Source of the DNA: a bacterium
Lineage (GTDB): Bacteria > UBP15 > UBA6099
Reading direction: 5' to 3'
Length of the DNA stretch: 64,000 bases
Assembly: GCA_041664945.1 (NCBI GenBank)
Contig: JBAYJY010000001.1
Span: 5,976 to 69,975, forward strand
Numbering within the stretch: the stretch's first letter is position 1; every line of letters starts with the position of its first letter. Shown piece by piece: positions 1-7,612 of this stretch. The position numbers were made by a program, and so were the translations under genes. The notes under the pieces are model-generated. The model searched no databases and was not told where the DNA came from. It was given only the letters and a program-made list of their open reading frames with translations.

Positions 1-1154
1 TCCGGGTCGTAGTAGCGGCTGGCGATCTTTTTCTTTTTGAAAGTGCATTTATCGAAGCCCATGCGTTTAAGAACATCGACAACGAGTTTCTTGCCGTCGT
101 CCATGGAAAGATTCTGGTCCATAACGACGACGGAAGCTGAAGTGCTTTCGAAGAGATGGTGCGGGTCCTGCCGCTGTTCGCGGCGGAAGCGCGAGCCGAC
201 TGAGAACAGGCGGACCGGCAGCGGCATTCGCGTGCGCAGTCGCTGAAGGACCGGGAACCAGTTGCTTGTCATGTGCGAGCGGAGCGTCCGGTGTGTCGGC
301 GTGGGCTTGAGTTCCCTGAACTCCGGGAAGACGCGGTCGAGCATCGCGGCGGCCTGATCGCCTGTGATTTTGAGCCGGAGCGCGAGTTCCTCAAGGAAAT
401 CGTCGGCCTCGATCAGGGCTTCCTTGTATTCGCGGAGTAGGCCGCGCAGTTGTTCCTCGCCTTTGAAGTCGGGAACGATTTCGTTGATCAGTTCCATCTT
501 CGCTTTGCTGAGCCCGATTTCCGCGCGGTCGAGACCGGCGATGTAGAAGACGCGGTCGAGAATCAGGGGCGCTTCGGGGCCGTACTGTTTATAAACATGG
601 ACGTCGTCGACGATGGCGGGATTGATCATTTCGTCGAGGCCGAGAGCGAGAAAGACCTCGCGGAACCGCTGGTTGAGAGCGGCGACGGGGTGCTCGCGGC
701 CCGCGCGCATTGTGCGGTCGCCGAGTTCCTTCGGGTCCAGATCGATAGAGCGGCTCAGTTCGCTGATCGGGTGTCCTTTGCCGCTAAGTTCGAACGATTT
801 GTACCAGCCGAACGGGCAGATGATGAGCGGGCTTTCCGAGAGCCGCGCGCGCAGCCCCTTTAGCATGCGGAGCGTGACCGCCGGGTTGGCGAGGTTGCTC
901 GACAGGTGCGAGTAGGGGTAGAGAACGATTGTATGCGCTGCGACCTTGTCGCGAACCTTTTCGATCTCGGCCGCGGCTTTTTCGACAACGAGGTCGGGCG
1001 CCGCTTCGTCCGGCTTTTCGCCGGCGATCATCACGACTAAAGCGTCGTCCGCGCGCCCCTCGGAAACAACGGGCGGCTCGATCTTCTCCGCGAACTTGGT
1101 CTGTTCCGTCGCCTTGAACGAAAACGGCGCCGAATGTATGAATAGGAGTCTCAT
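1..1154 (-). CDS. sepS: O-phosphoseryl-tRNA synthetase (SepRS)-like class II aaRS with an N-terminal archaeal ThrRS-type editing domain; partial, 3' end lies beyond the left edge
   Basis: Minus-strand ORF from ATG at 1154 with no stop before position 1, so it is missing from the ORF track. The first ~145 aa (MRLLFIHS..LVVMIAGEK..VLYPYSHLSSNLANP..CPFGWYKSFELSGKGHPISELSRSI) follow the archaeal ThrRS editing domain motif by motif. The rest (HPVAALNQRFREVFLALGLDEMINP..YKQYGPEAPLILDRVFYIAGL..VFPEFRELKP..LRSHMTSNWF..RLFSVGSRFRREQ) follows the SepRS catalytic core. Confidence 0.8.
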   Translation of the reverse strand, partial: MRLLFIHSAPFSFKATEQTKFAEKIEPPVVSEGRADDALVVMIAGEKPDEAAPDLVVEKAAAEIEKVRDKVAAHTIVLYPYSHLSSNLANPAVTLRMLKGLRARLSESPLIICPFGWYKSFELSGKGHPISELSRSIDLDPKELGDRTMRAGREHPVAALNQRFREVFLALGLDEMINPAIVDDVHVYKQYGPEAPLILDRVFYIAGLDRAEIGLSKAKMELINEIVPDFKGEEQLRGLLREYKEALIEADDFLEELALRLKITGDQAAAMLDRVFPEFRELKPTPTHRTLRSHMTSNWFPVLQRLRTRMPLPVRLFSVGSRFRREQRQDPHHLFESTSASVVVMDQNLSMDDGKKLVVDVLKRMGFDKCTFKKKKIASRYYDP

Positions 1155-1312
1155 TGATAGTTCCTCACGATCCGAATGTCCGGCCTGTCCGGCCGGCGCG
1201 CAACCTTTGAATATTAATACATTTCCGCCGCGAAATAAAGCATAAGCCGCATGCGGCCTGTCAAAACGCGGAAGTAGCTTTTAATTTCAGGCTTCGCCGG
1301 GCGGGCTCCAAA

Positions 1313-1341
1313 TTGACAGGCGCTCTTTCTTATGCTTTAAT
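1313..1341 (+). promoter_or_regulatory. sigma-70-like promoter (TTGACA-N17-TTTAAT) upstream of the pilin-like gene
   Basis: Perfect -35 hexamer at 1313-1318, 17-nt spacer, TTTAAT at 1336-1341, about 195 nt upstream of the ORF start. Confidence 0.4.
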
Positions 1342-1536
1342 TGAAACAGGAAAATGTAAAAACAAAGTGGCGGCAATGTTTTTCGCCGATAAACCGCCGC
1401 CGGAATGATTTGTGGCGGGCCAAATGTTTAATTTTGTATGAATAAGGGAAAATTAGCAGTATAATGAGAAGAAGCGTTCCTAACGGCAACATCGGCTTAC
1501 AAGGGCGATAGTAAGAAATAATCGGGAGGAACTTTT

Positions 1537-2388
1537 ATGAGAAAAATCCGAAATCAGTCCGGCTACAATGTTGTTGAAATAATTCTCGTTATGGCGATTA
1601 TTCTTATAATACTCGGCGGTTTTTTTACCGGCTACGTGCCTTTCATCGCCAGGAATCGAGTAAAAACCGCAATCCGGCAGATAGTTTTGCTCAAAAAAGC
1701 GATTAACAACATCGCTGATGTCTGTCAGGAATTTCCGGCTCGCGCGTTGACTGACCGCACGGACCTCAATTCCATACGCCCGATCATCAGCGCCAATTCC
1801 TGTCAAAGCCCGGGCGCCGCCGAAACATCGTTTCCTAAATATCCATCGGGCCTGCTCTGCGAGGGCGCGTCGCTTGATCACGAATTGCGTGAGGATATGT
1901 GCATATCCGCCCCGACGCCTGCAACCGCCAAAAACAGCGAACTCGGATTTTCCAAAGCATTCACATCGATTACCATAGACGACTGCTCGCCGCAATATGG
2001 CGGGATTGCCGGCACAGGCTATCCCGGCGTCAACTATCAGCCCGGCTGGAACTATGTTTTATTAACAGATACAAGCGCGATCGAAAAACCGGTTGCCGTA
2101 ATCTGCGGATTCGCGCTCGGCCATCGAAAACTCGTTAAAATAGTCATCAACACGTCCGGCTTTTATGGCGGCAACTCTATCCCCGAAGGCGCCGGCTGCA
2201 AGGATATCACCGGCGCAACTCTTGCAAGCGCCTGCCCCTGCGGCCCCTGGTGCTCCGAATACACGCTCGGCGGCGTTTCAACCGGACATCAGGGCTGCTG
2301 CTCCACGTGCAATGCGAGCTTGGCGGATGTTTCTGAATGCGGCGGCGGCGCGGGCGGCGTAAGACAGGGCATCGGCTACCAGTTCTAA
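1537..2388 (+). CDS. prepilin-type N-terminal cleavage/methylation domain protein (type IV pilin/pseudopilin-like), Cys-rich C-terminus
   Basis: N-terminus MRKIRNQSG|YNVVEIILVMAIILIILGG fits the G|(F/Y)xxxE prepilin motif plus a hydrophobic helix. RBS GGGAGG lies upstream. About 14 Cys, including CPCGPWC..CCSTC..EC at the C-terminus. Confidence 0.6.
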   Translation: MRKIRNQSGYNVVEIILVMAIILIILGGFFTGYVPFIARNRVKTAIRQIVLLKKAINNIADVCQEFPARALTDRTDLNSIRPIISANSCQSPGAAETSFPKYPSGLLCEGASLDHELREDMCISAPTPATAKNSELGFSKAFTSITIDDCSPQYGGIAGTGYPGVNYQPGWNYVLLTDTSAIEKPVAVICGFALGHRKLVKIVINTSGFYGGNSIPEGAGCKDITGATLASACPCGPWCSEYTLGGVSTGHQGCCSTCNASLADVSECGGGAGGVRQGIGYQF

Positions 2389-2445
2389 TTCATTTGTCTG
2401 CCAGTCATCTTAATAAAGCGAGCATAAACGATCAACTTTCATATG

Positions 2446-2620
2446 ATGTCATTCCCGCGAAGCAAGCTGTTGAAAAAGACAGAGACAATCAATCTGTCAT
2501 TCTCTCATCCCGCTTGTCATTCCGAGCGAAGAGAGGAATTTCGATTTAAATGCATTTTCATTGAAGATTCCTCGCCTCTTTGTTCCTCGGAATGACAAAT
2601 CTTCACTTTTTTAACAGCCT
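2446..2620. repeat. nested imperfect palindromic repeat element (GTCATTCC/GGAATGAC family)
   Basis: Three direct GTCATTC cores at 2448, 2496 and 2516 and an inverted copy ending at 2596. Arm 2516-2539 pairs with 2567-2596. Outer arms CTGTTGAAAAAG (2468-2480) and CTTTTTTAACAG (2605-2616) are also inverted. Confidence 0.5.
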
Positions 2621-2682
2621 CAAATTCGGGCATCCATTTTTCATTTTCCACGTTCTTTCCTTTGATATTCAATATTCAACAT

Positions 2683-2711
2683 TTCACGCATTCGATTTTT
2701 TGTGGTAAAAT
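2683..2711 (+). promoter_or_regulatory. candidate sigma-70 promoter for pgi (TTCACG-N17-TAAAAT)
   Basis: Hexamers with 17-nt spacing about 50 nt upstream of the pgi ATG. Confidence 0.3.
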
Positions 2712-2763
2712 TAAACGTTATGAAACTAATCCTAAATTTATCAAACAAGCACAGGAGGCCGAT

Positions 2764-4188
2764 ATGGCTGACGCAAAGAAAAAAGTAACCGATCAGATAA
2801 TATTAGATTATACGAACATGTTGTCGGACGCGGTCGGCCCGCGGGACGGGATCACGGAGAGGCAACTGAAGAAGATGGAGGCGCGGGCTGCGGAAGCGCA
2901 CTGGGGCGTCGGCGAGCAGCGGCGCGCGGGCAAGCTGCCGTTCATGGACCTGCCCTATGGCGATTACGCGGGCCCGATCATCAAGTACGCGGCGGACGCG
3001 GCGAAAACGTTCGACAATTTCGTGGTTCTTGGCATCGGCGGCTCGGCGCTCGGCCCGATCGCTATCCAGTCGGCGCTCAATTCGCCTTTCTATAACCTTA
3101 TCGACAAGAAGGATCGCAAACGGCCGCGCTTCTTCGTCGAGGACAATGTCGATCCGGAACGAATCGGCGCGATGCTCGAACTGATCGACCCGAAAAAAAC
3201 GCTGTTCAACGTGATAACGAAATCGGGCAGCACGGCGGAAACGATGTCCGCGTTCATCATCGTGCGCGACATGCTGATGAAGAAGCTCGGCGCGAAGGGG
3301 CTGAAGACGAACATGGTGGCCACGACGGACTCGAAGAAGGGCCTGCTGCGCGACATAGTGGACGCCGAAGGGCTGCGAAGTTTCGAGGTGACGGAAGGGG
3401 TTGGCGGCAGGTTTTCGGTGTTGACGCCTGTGGGACTGCTGCCGGCGGCGATGGCGGGAATCGACATAAAAGGGCTTCTCGCTGGCGCGGCGGCGATGGA
3501 CAAGCGGTGCGCCTCTGGTTTGCTATCGCGCAACCCGGCGCTCATGGGCGCGGTTCTTCAGTATCTCGCCGACTCCGAAAAGGGAAAAACGATTCAGGTG
3601 ATGATGCCCTACTCGAACGCGCTGCGCGACATAGCGGACTGGTTCCGGCAGTTATGGGCTGAAAGCCTTGGAAAGAAGTATGCGCTGGACGGCAGCGTGG
3701 TTCACGCTGGGCAGACGCCCATCAAGGCGCTCGGCGCGACGGACCAGCACTCGCAGGTTCAACTTTACAACGAAGGCCCGAACAATAAAACTATAACGTT
3801 CATCCGTGTTGAAAGTTTCCGGCGCAAGGTGAAAATCCCTGCGGCTTATAAGAACGTGTCCGGGTTGGCATATCTGAGCGGGCACGAGATGGGCGAACTG
3901 CTGAACACGGAGGAGACGGCGACGGAGATAGCGGTGACGGCGAACAAGCGCCCGAACTGCACGATCCGGATGCCGGAGATCAACGCGCGCACGGTGGGGC
4001 AGTTAATTTACATGCTCGAACTGCAGACGGTTTACGCCGGCGGATTCTATGGAATCAATCCGTTCGACCAGCCGGGTGTTGAGGAAGGCAAAGTCGCGAC
4101 ATACGCGCTGATGGGCCGCCCCGGTTACGAAAAGCAGCGCGCGGAAATCGAGAAAATCTCGAGAGCGACTCGTAGAAAAACCGTCTGA
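2764..4188 (+). CDS. pgi: glucose-6-phosphate isomerase
   Basis: Motifs VVLGIGGSALGP, ITKSGSTAETM, GVGGRFSVLTPVGLLP, GATDQHSQVQLYNEGP. Start moved to ATG 2764, which follows AGGAGG. Confidence 0.9.
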   Translation: MADAKKKVTDQIILDYTNMLSDAVGPRDGITERQLKKMEARAAEAHWGVGEQRRAGKLPFMDLPYGDYAGPIIKYAADAAKTFDNFVVLGIGGSALGPIAIQSALNSPFYNLIDKKDRKRPRFFVEDNVDPERIGAMLELIDPKKTLFNVITKSGSTAETMSAFIIVRDMLMKKLGAKGLKTNMVATTDSKKGLLRDIVDAEGLRSFEVTEGVGGRFSVLTPVGLLPAAMAGIDIKGLLAGAAAMDKRCASGLLSRNPALMGAVLQYLADSEKGKTIQVMMPYSNALRDIADWFRQLWAESLGKKYALDGSVVHAGQTPIKALGATDQHSQVQLYNEGPNNKTITFIRVESFRRKVKIPAAYKNVSGLAYLSGHEMGELLNTEETATEIAVTANKRPNCTIRMPEINARTVGQLIYMLELQTVYAGGFYGINPFDQPGVEEGKVATYALMGRPGYEKQRAEIEKISRATRRKTV

Positions 4189-4216
4189 TCTTTAGATCAA
4201 AAAGCGAAAAAACAAT

Positions 4217-4250
4217 GTCGGGCCGCTCATGTCGGCCCGATTTTGCTTTT
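4217..4250 (+). terminator. rho-independent terminator after pgi
   Basis: GTCGGGCCG-loop-CGGCCCGA stem followed by TTTTGCTTTT. Confidence 0.7.
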
Positions 4251-4270
4251 ATGGATTATTTGCATATAAT
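4243..4270 (+). promoter_or_regulatory. sigma-70-like promoter of hrcA-dnaJ (TTGCTT-N16-TATAAT)
   Basis: Consensus -10 at 4265-4270, -35-like hexamer at 4243-4248. Confidence 0.45.
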
Positions 4271-4285
4271 ATATGGTGTTTGAAA

Positions 4286-4297
4286 GCTGACGTCAGC
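4286..4297. promoter_or_regulatory. perfect 12-bp palindrome GCTGACGTCAGC at an operator-like position
   Basis: Lies about 16 nt downstream of the -10 hexamer and is flanked by TGAAA..TTTCA. It is not a CIRCE sequence. Confidence 0.3.
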
Positions 4298-4320
4298 GGT
4301 GTTTCAACAGGGGAGACGGT

Positions 4321-5340
4321 TTGGACGAGCGGAAATCAAGAATCATAAAGCATGTTGTGACGGATTATGTGGCTACGTGCGCGCCGGTGGGTTCGAAACG
4401 GATCGCGGAGCGGCTTGGAGTGAGCGCGGCCACGGTGAGAAACGACATGCACGAACTGATCGAGGCGGGTTTTCTCGAACAGCCGCACACCTCTGCCGGC
4501 CGGATTCCGGCGGACCCCGGCTACCGTTTCTTTGTCGACGCGCTGCGCGAGGAGTACCAGACGGCGGAGGAGCAGAGCGACGCGGTGCGGCGCGCGATAG
4601 ACAACATCCATTTCAAACTGGACCAGTTGCTGAGGCAGGTGTCGAGCCTGCTCGCCTCGTGGAGCGACTGCGTGTCGTTCGTGTCCGTGCCGGAAGAGGA
4701 CAAAAGCGAAATCCGGCGTATCGAGCTGACGGCGGTCTCCGCGCGCGGTATGCTGATTATTATCGTGCTCAGCAACGGGCAGGTTGAGAACAAGCTTGTG
4801 GAACTGCCGATGACTATCGACCGTTTCCCGGTCGAGTGGATAACGAAGCAGTTGAATAACCGGCTGTCGGGCCTTCGCGTGGGCGAGGTGACGCCGGCGG
4901 CGCTGAATGAAGTGTTCAAGACGATTGAGATGCAGCACGATTTTTTGTATCACTGTCTGATGGGATTTTTTGAGGAGATGATTCTGACGGTTGGGCAGCG
5001 CGTGTTCGTAGAGGGCGCGTCGCGTCTGATCCGGCATCCGGAATTTCAGGACTCGGGCCGTTTGCGGCCGGTTTTGGAGATAGTCGAAAGCTCGGAGTCC
5101 GAACTTTTCACGCTGCCCGATCCGATGGGTGGCTGGAAGGCGGTCATCGGGCGCGAGAATCCGAGCGTGTCGCTGCGCGAGTGCAGCGTGATCAAGACGC
5201 ATTTCAGGTTCGGCGACCGGACGCTCGGCACGGTGGGACTGCTCGGCCCGCGGCGAATGGATTACGCGCGGCTGATAGGAATTGTCCGCAACGTTTCGGG
5301 CGTTTTGAGCGAGGCGCTCGAACGCTACTCATACGTCTGA
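4321..5340 (+). CDS. hrcA: heat-inducible transcription repressor HrcA
   Basis: N-terminal wHTH ERKSRIIKHVVTDYVATCAPVGSKRIAERLGVSAATVRNDMHELIEAGFLEQPHTSAGRIP. TTG start. About 339 aa. Confidence 0.9.
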   Translation: MDERKSRIIKHVVTDYVATCAPVGSKRIAERLGVSAATVRNDMHELIEAGFLEQPHTSAGRIPADPGYRFFVDALREEYQTAEEQSDAVRRAIDNIHFKLDQLLRQVSSLLASWSDCVSFVSVPEEDKSEIRRIELTAVSARGMLIIIVLSNGQVENKLVELPMTIDRFPVEWITKQLNNRLSGLRVGEVTPAALNEVFKTIEMQHDFLYHCLMGFFEEMILTVGQRVFVEGASRLIRHPEFQDSGRLRPVLEIVESSESELFTLPDPMGGWKAVIGRENPSVSLRECSVIKTHFRFGDRTLGTVGLLGPRRMDYARLIGIVRNVSGVLSEALERYSYV

Positions 5341-5427
5341 GACAAGGGAACCAAAATATATCCTACGATGAAAACTACAAACGCATCCGGCGCGATAAGC
5401 GCATAGAGAGGCTGGGAAAAGGCTGAC

Positions 5428-6549
5428 ATGGCGAAGCGCGATTTTTACGAGGTTTTAGGGGTCCAGCGCACTGCGACGCAGGAAGAAATGAAGAAGGCTT
5501 ACCGGCAACTGGCGCGGAAGCTGCACCCGGATGTGAATCCGGGCGACGCACAGGCCGAGGAAAAGTTCAAGGAAGTCACTGAAGCGTATCAGGTTCTGAG
5601 CGACGAGCAAAAACGGTCTATTTACGACCGGCACGGATATGAAGGTCTTTCCGGGCGCGGAGCGGGCGGCGACGATTTCGGGTTCGGCGGCGGCTTCACG
5701 GATATATTCGATATGTTTTTCGGAGGCGGGGGCGGCCGTGGCGGCGGTAGGCCGAACGGACCCACGCGGGGCTCCGACCTGAGGTATGAGATAGAAATCA
5801 GTTTCAAAGACGCCGCGTTCGGCAAGGAAGCCGAGATCGAGATTCCATCGCTGGCGGCGTGCGAGAAATGCAAGGGAACGGGCTCTAAAAGCGGTTCGAA
5901 TCCGGTCAGGTGTTCGCGCTGCAACGGAACTGGCGAGTTCAGACAGACCCGGCAGACTCTGTTCGGGCAGATGGTGAACGTGCAGGCGTGCCCGAGCTGC
6001 CACGGGGCGGGCGTTGAGATTCAGGATCCGTGTCCGGGCTGCCGCGGAACGGGCAAGACGCGGGTTGCTAAAAAGATGCGTGTTTCGATCCCGGCGGGAG
6101 TGGACAGCGGACAGAGGCTGCGGCTGACCGGCGAGGGCGAACCCGGCGAGCGCGGCGGTCCGCGCGGCGATCTGTATGTCGAGATTTACATCAAGGAACA
6201 CGAGTTTTTCAAGCGGGACGGACAGGACGTTTTCTGCGAGATTCCGATCAGCTTCACGCAGGCGGCGCTCGGCGACGAGATAGACGTTCCCACGCTCTAC
6301 GGGAATCAGTCGATAAAGATTCCGACGGGGACGCAGACCGGCAGCGTTTTCCGGCTGCGCGGCATGGGCTTCCCGCATCTGCGCGGCATGCACAAGGGCG
6401 ACCAGCATGTTGTTGTGAAAGTCGTCACGCCTGAGAAGCTGACGTCGAAGCAGAAAAAGATTCTGACAGAGTTCGCGGAAGAGAGCGGCGAGGATATCAG
6501 CCGCCCGCAGAAAAAAATATTAAAAAAGCTCAAGGAAATATTTCAGTAA
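5428..6549 (+). CDS. dnaJ: molecular chaperone DnaJ
   Basis: J domain ([11 protein letters not shown]), G/F-rich linker, four CxxCxGxG zinc-finger repeats. Confidence 0.95.
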   Translation: MAKRDFYEVLGVQRTATQEEMKKAYRQLARKLHPDVNPGDAQAEEKFKEVTEAYQVLSDEQKRSIYDRHGYEGLSGRGAGGDDFGFGGGFTDIFDMFFGGGGGRGGGRPNGPTRGSDLRYEIEISFKDAAFGKEAEIEIPSLAACEKCKGTGSKSGSNPVRCSRCNGTGEFRQTRQTLFGQMVNVQACPSCHGAGVEIQDPCPGCRGTGKTRVAKKMRVSIPAGVDSGQRLRLTGEGEPGERGGPRGDLYVEIYIKEHEFFKRDGQDVFCEIPISFTQAALGDEIDVPTLYGNQSIKIPTGTQTGSVFRLRGMGFPHLRGMHKGDQHVVVKVVTPEKLTSKQKKILTEFAEESGEDISRPQKKILKKLKEIFQ

Positions 6550-6656
6550 TCAGTAGCGAGAACATAAAAAAGTAGAGAGTAGAAGGCAGATGGTAGAAGG
6601 GGAAAGAGTAAAAATAGGGTTTGGTCGCTGGTAGTTAAGGGTCGGGAAAGAAAGCT

Positions 6657-6702
6657 GTCATTGCGAGGAACGGAGTGACGAAGCAAACCCGAACTCAACT
6701 CC
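6657..6702. repeat. short repeat element (GTCATTGCGAGG..GACGAAGCAA..CCGAACTC), left copy
   Basis: Its reverse complement matches 7547-7594 except for the central spacer. The core is related to the element at 2446-2620. Confidence 0.5.
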
Positions 6703-6811
6703 TATCAGAATTGGAAATTGGGGATAGGGGATAGGAAAGAAAAGAAGAAATAAGAGATGAAACCTTCGATAAAAATCAAAAACAGTTGCTAATTCGCACA
6801 AAGGAATCCGC

Positions 6812-7522
6812 ATGGAGCGGGTGTATCTTGATAAATTCGACGGCGTGTCAGTAGAGGGCGCGGCGGCGGGCCACTTGAAGAACGTTCTTCGCGTTAAGCC
6901 GGGCGACGTTTTCGCCGGCTACGACGGGCGGAGCGAGTTTCGGTTGCGCGTGGAAGAGGCGCGAAGGGGCGACGTTCGGGTGACGGTTGAGTCAGGGCGG
7001 GAGCTTCCGGAGGCGCCGGGAGGGCGGATTCTGCTCGGGGCGTCGCTGATCAAGGGGCCGCGCTGGGACTGGCTGCTCGAGAAGGCGGCCGAGCTCGGAG
7101 TGGGCGAGATAGCTCCGTTGGCGGCAGCGAGAACGGTTGTGCGGATTGACGAGAGCGAAACCTCGGAGAAGGTTGCGCGGTGGCGCCGGATGCTGGGAGC
7201 GGCGGCGGCGCAGTGCGCCGGTCGCGCGCCGGAGATAAAGGCGCCGGAGCGGCTTGAGGATTTTATCAGGCGCGTTGCGCGCGAGAAGCACAAATATGTA
7301 TTATTATTGAAGGCGGGAGCAAAACCGCTTGCGGAGCTGGTTCGCGACGCGGCGGGCGGGCGGATTGTGTTGCTGATCGGCCCGGAAGGCGACTGGACTG
7401 AAGAGGAGTCGGACGCTGCGCTCGCGGCGGGTTTCGAGGCGGCGACGCTCGGGCCGCTGATTCTGAGGTCGGAAACGGCGGCGATAGTGTCTGCGGCGAT
7501 ATCGTCGAATATTAATTTGTAG
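6812..7522 (+). CDS. rsmE: 16S rRNA (uracil1498-N3)-methyltransferase RsmE
   Basis: LIKGPRWDWLLEKAAELGV, LLIGPEGDWTEEE, LGPLILRSETAA. Confidence 0.85.
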   Translation: MERVYLDKFDGVSVEGAAAGHLKNVLRVKPGDVFAGYDGRSEFRLRVEEARRGDVRVTVESGRELPEAPGGRILLGASLIKGPRWDWLLEKAAELGVGEIAPLAAARTVVRIDESETSEKVARWRRMLGAAAAQCAGRAPEIKAPERLEDFIRRVAREKHKYVLLLKAGAKPLAELVRDAAGGRIVLLIGPEGDWTEEESDAALAAGFEAATLGPLILRSETAAIVSAAISSNINL

Positions 7523-7546
7523 GGCGCAATGATGGAGATAGAAACT

Positions 7547-7594
7547 GAGTTCGGGGTTGCTTCGTCAGCCCAAAAACGGCTTCCTCGCAATGAC
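7547..7594. repeat. short repeat element, right (inverted) copy
   Basis: GAGTTCGGGGTTGCTTCGTCA..TTCCTCGCAATGAC is the inverted counterpart of 6657-6702. Confidence 0.5.
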
Positions 7595-7612
7595 GCAAAG
7601 CAAGGATGAGAG

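Noticed and set aside
1480-1995. 171-aa minus-strand ORF overlapping the pilin-like gene
   Set aside because: It has no RBS or motifs. The plus-strand ORF has a clear RBS and prepilin motif.
4190-4320. Search for a CIRCE operator upstream of hrcA
   Set aside because: No TTAGCACTC-N9-GAGTGCTAA-like sequence is present. Only the unrelated GCTGACGTCAGC palindrome was found, and it is reported separately.
5893-5903. GGTTCGAATCC tRNA T-arm-like string
   Set aside because: It lies inside the dnaJ zinc-finger coding region. No acceptor, D or anticodon arms can be drawn around it.
4336-6408. Long minus-strand ORFs (4336..5202, 5455..6408) opposite hrcA and dnaJ
   Set aside because: The plus-strand genes have unmistakable HrcA and DnaJ motifs. 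The antisense translations are Arg-rich with no recognisable features.
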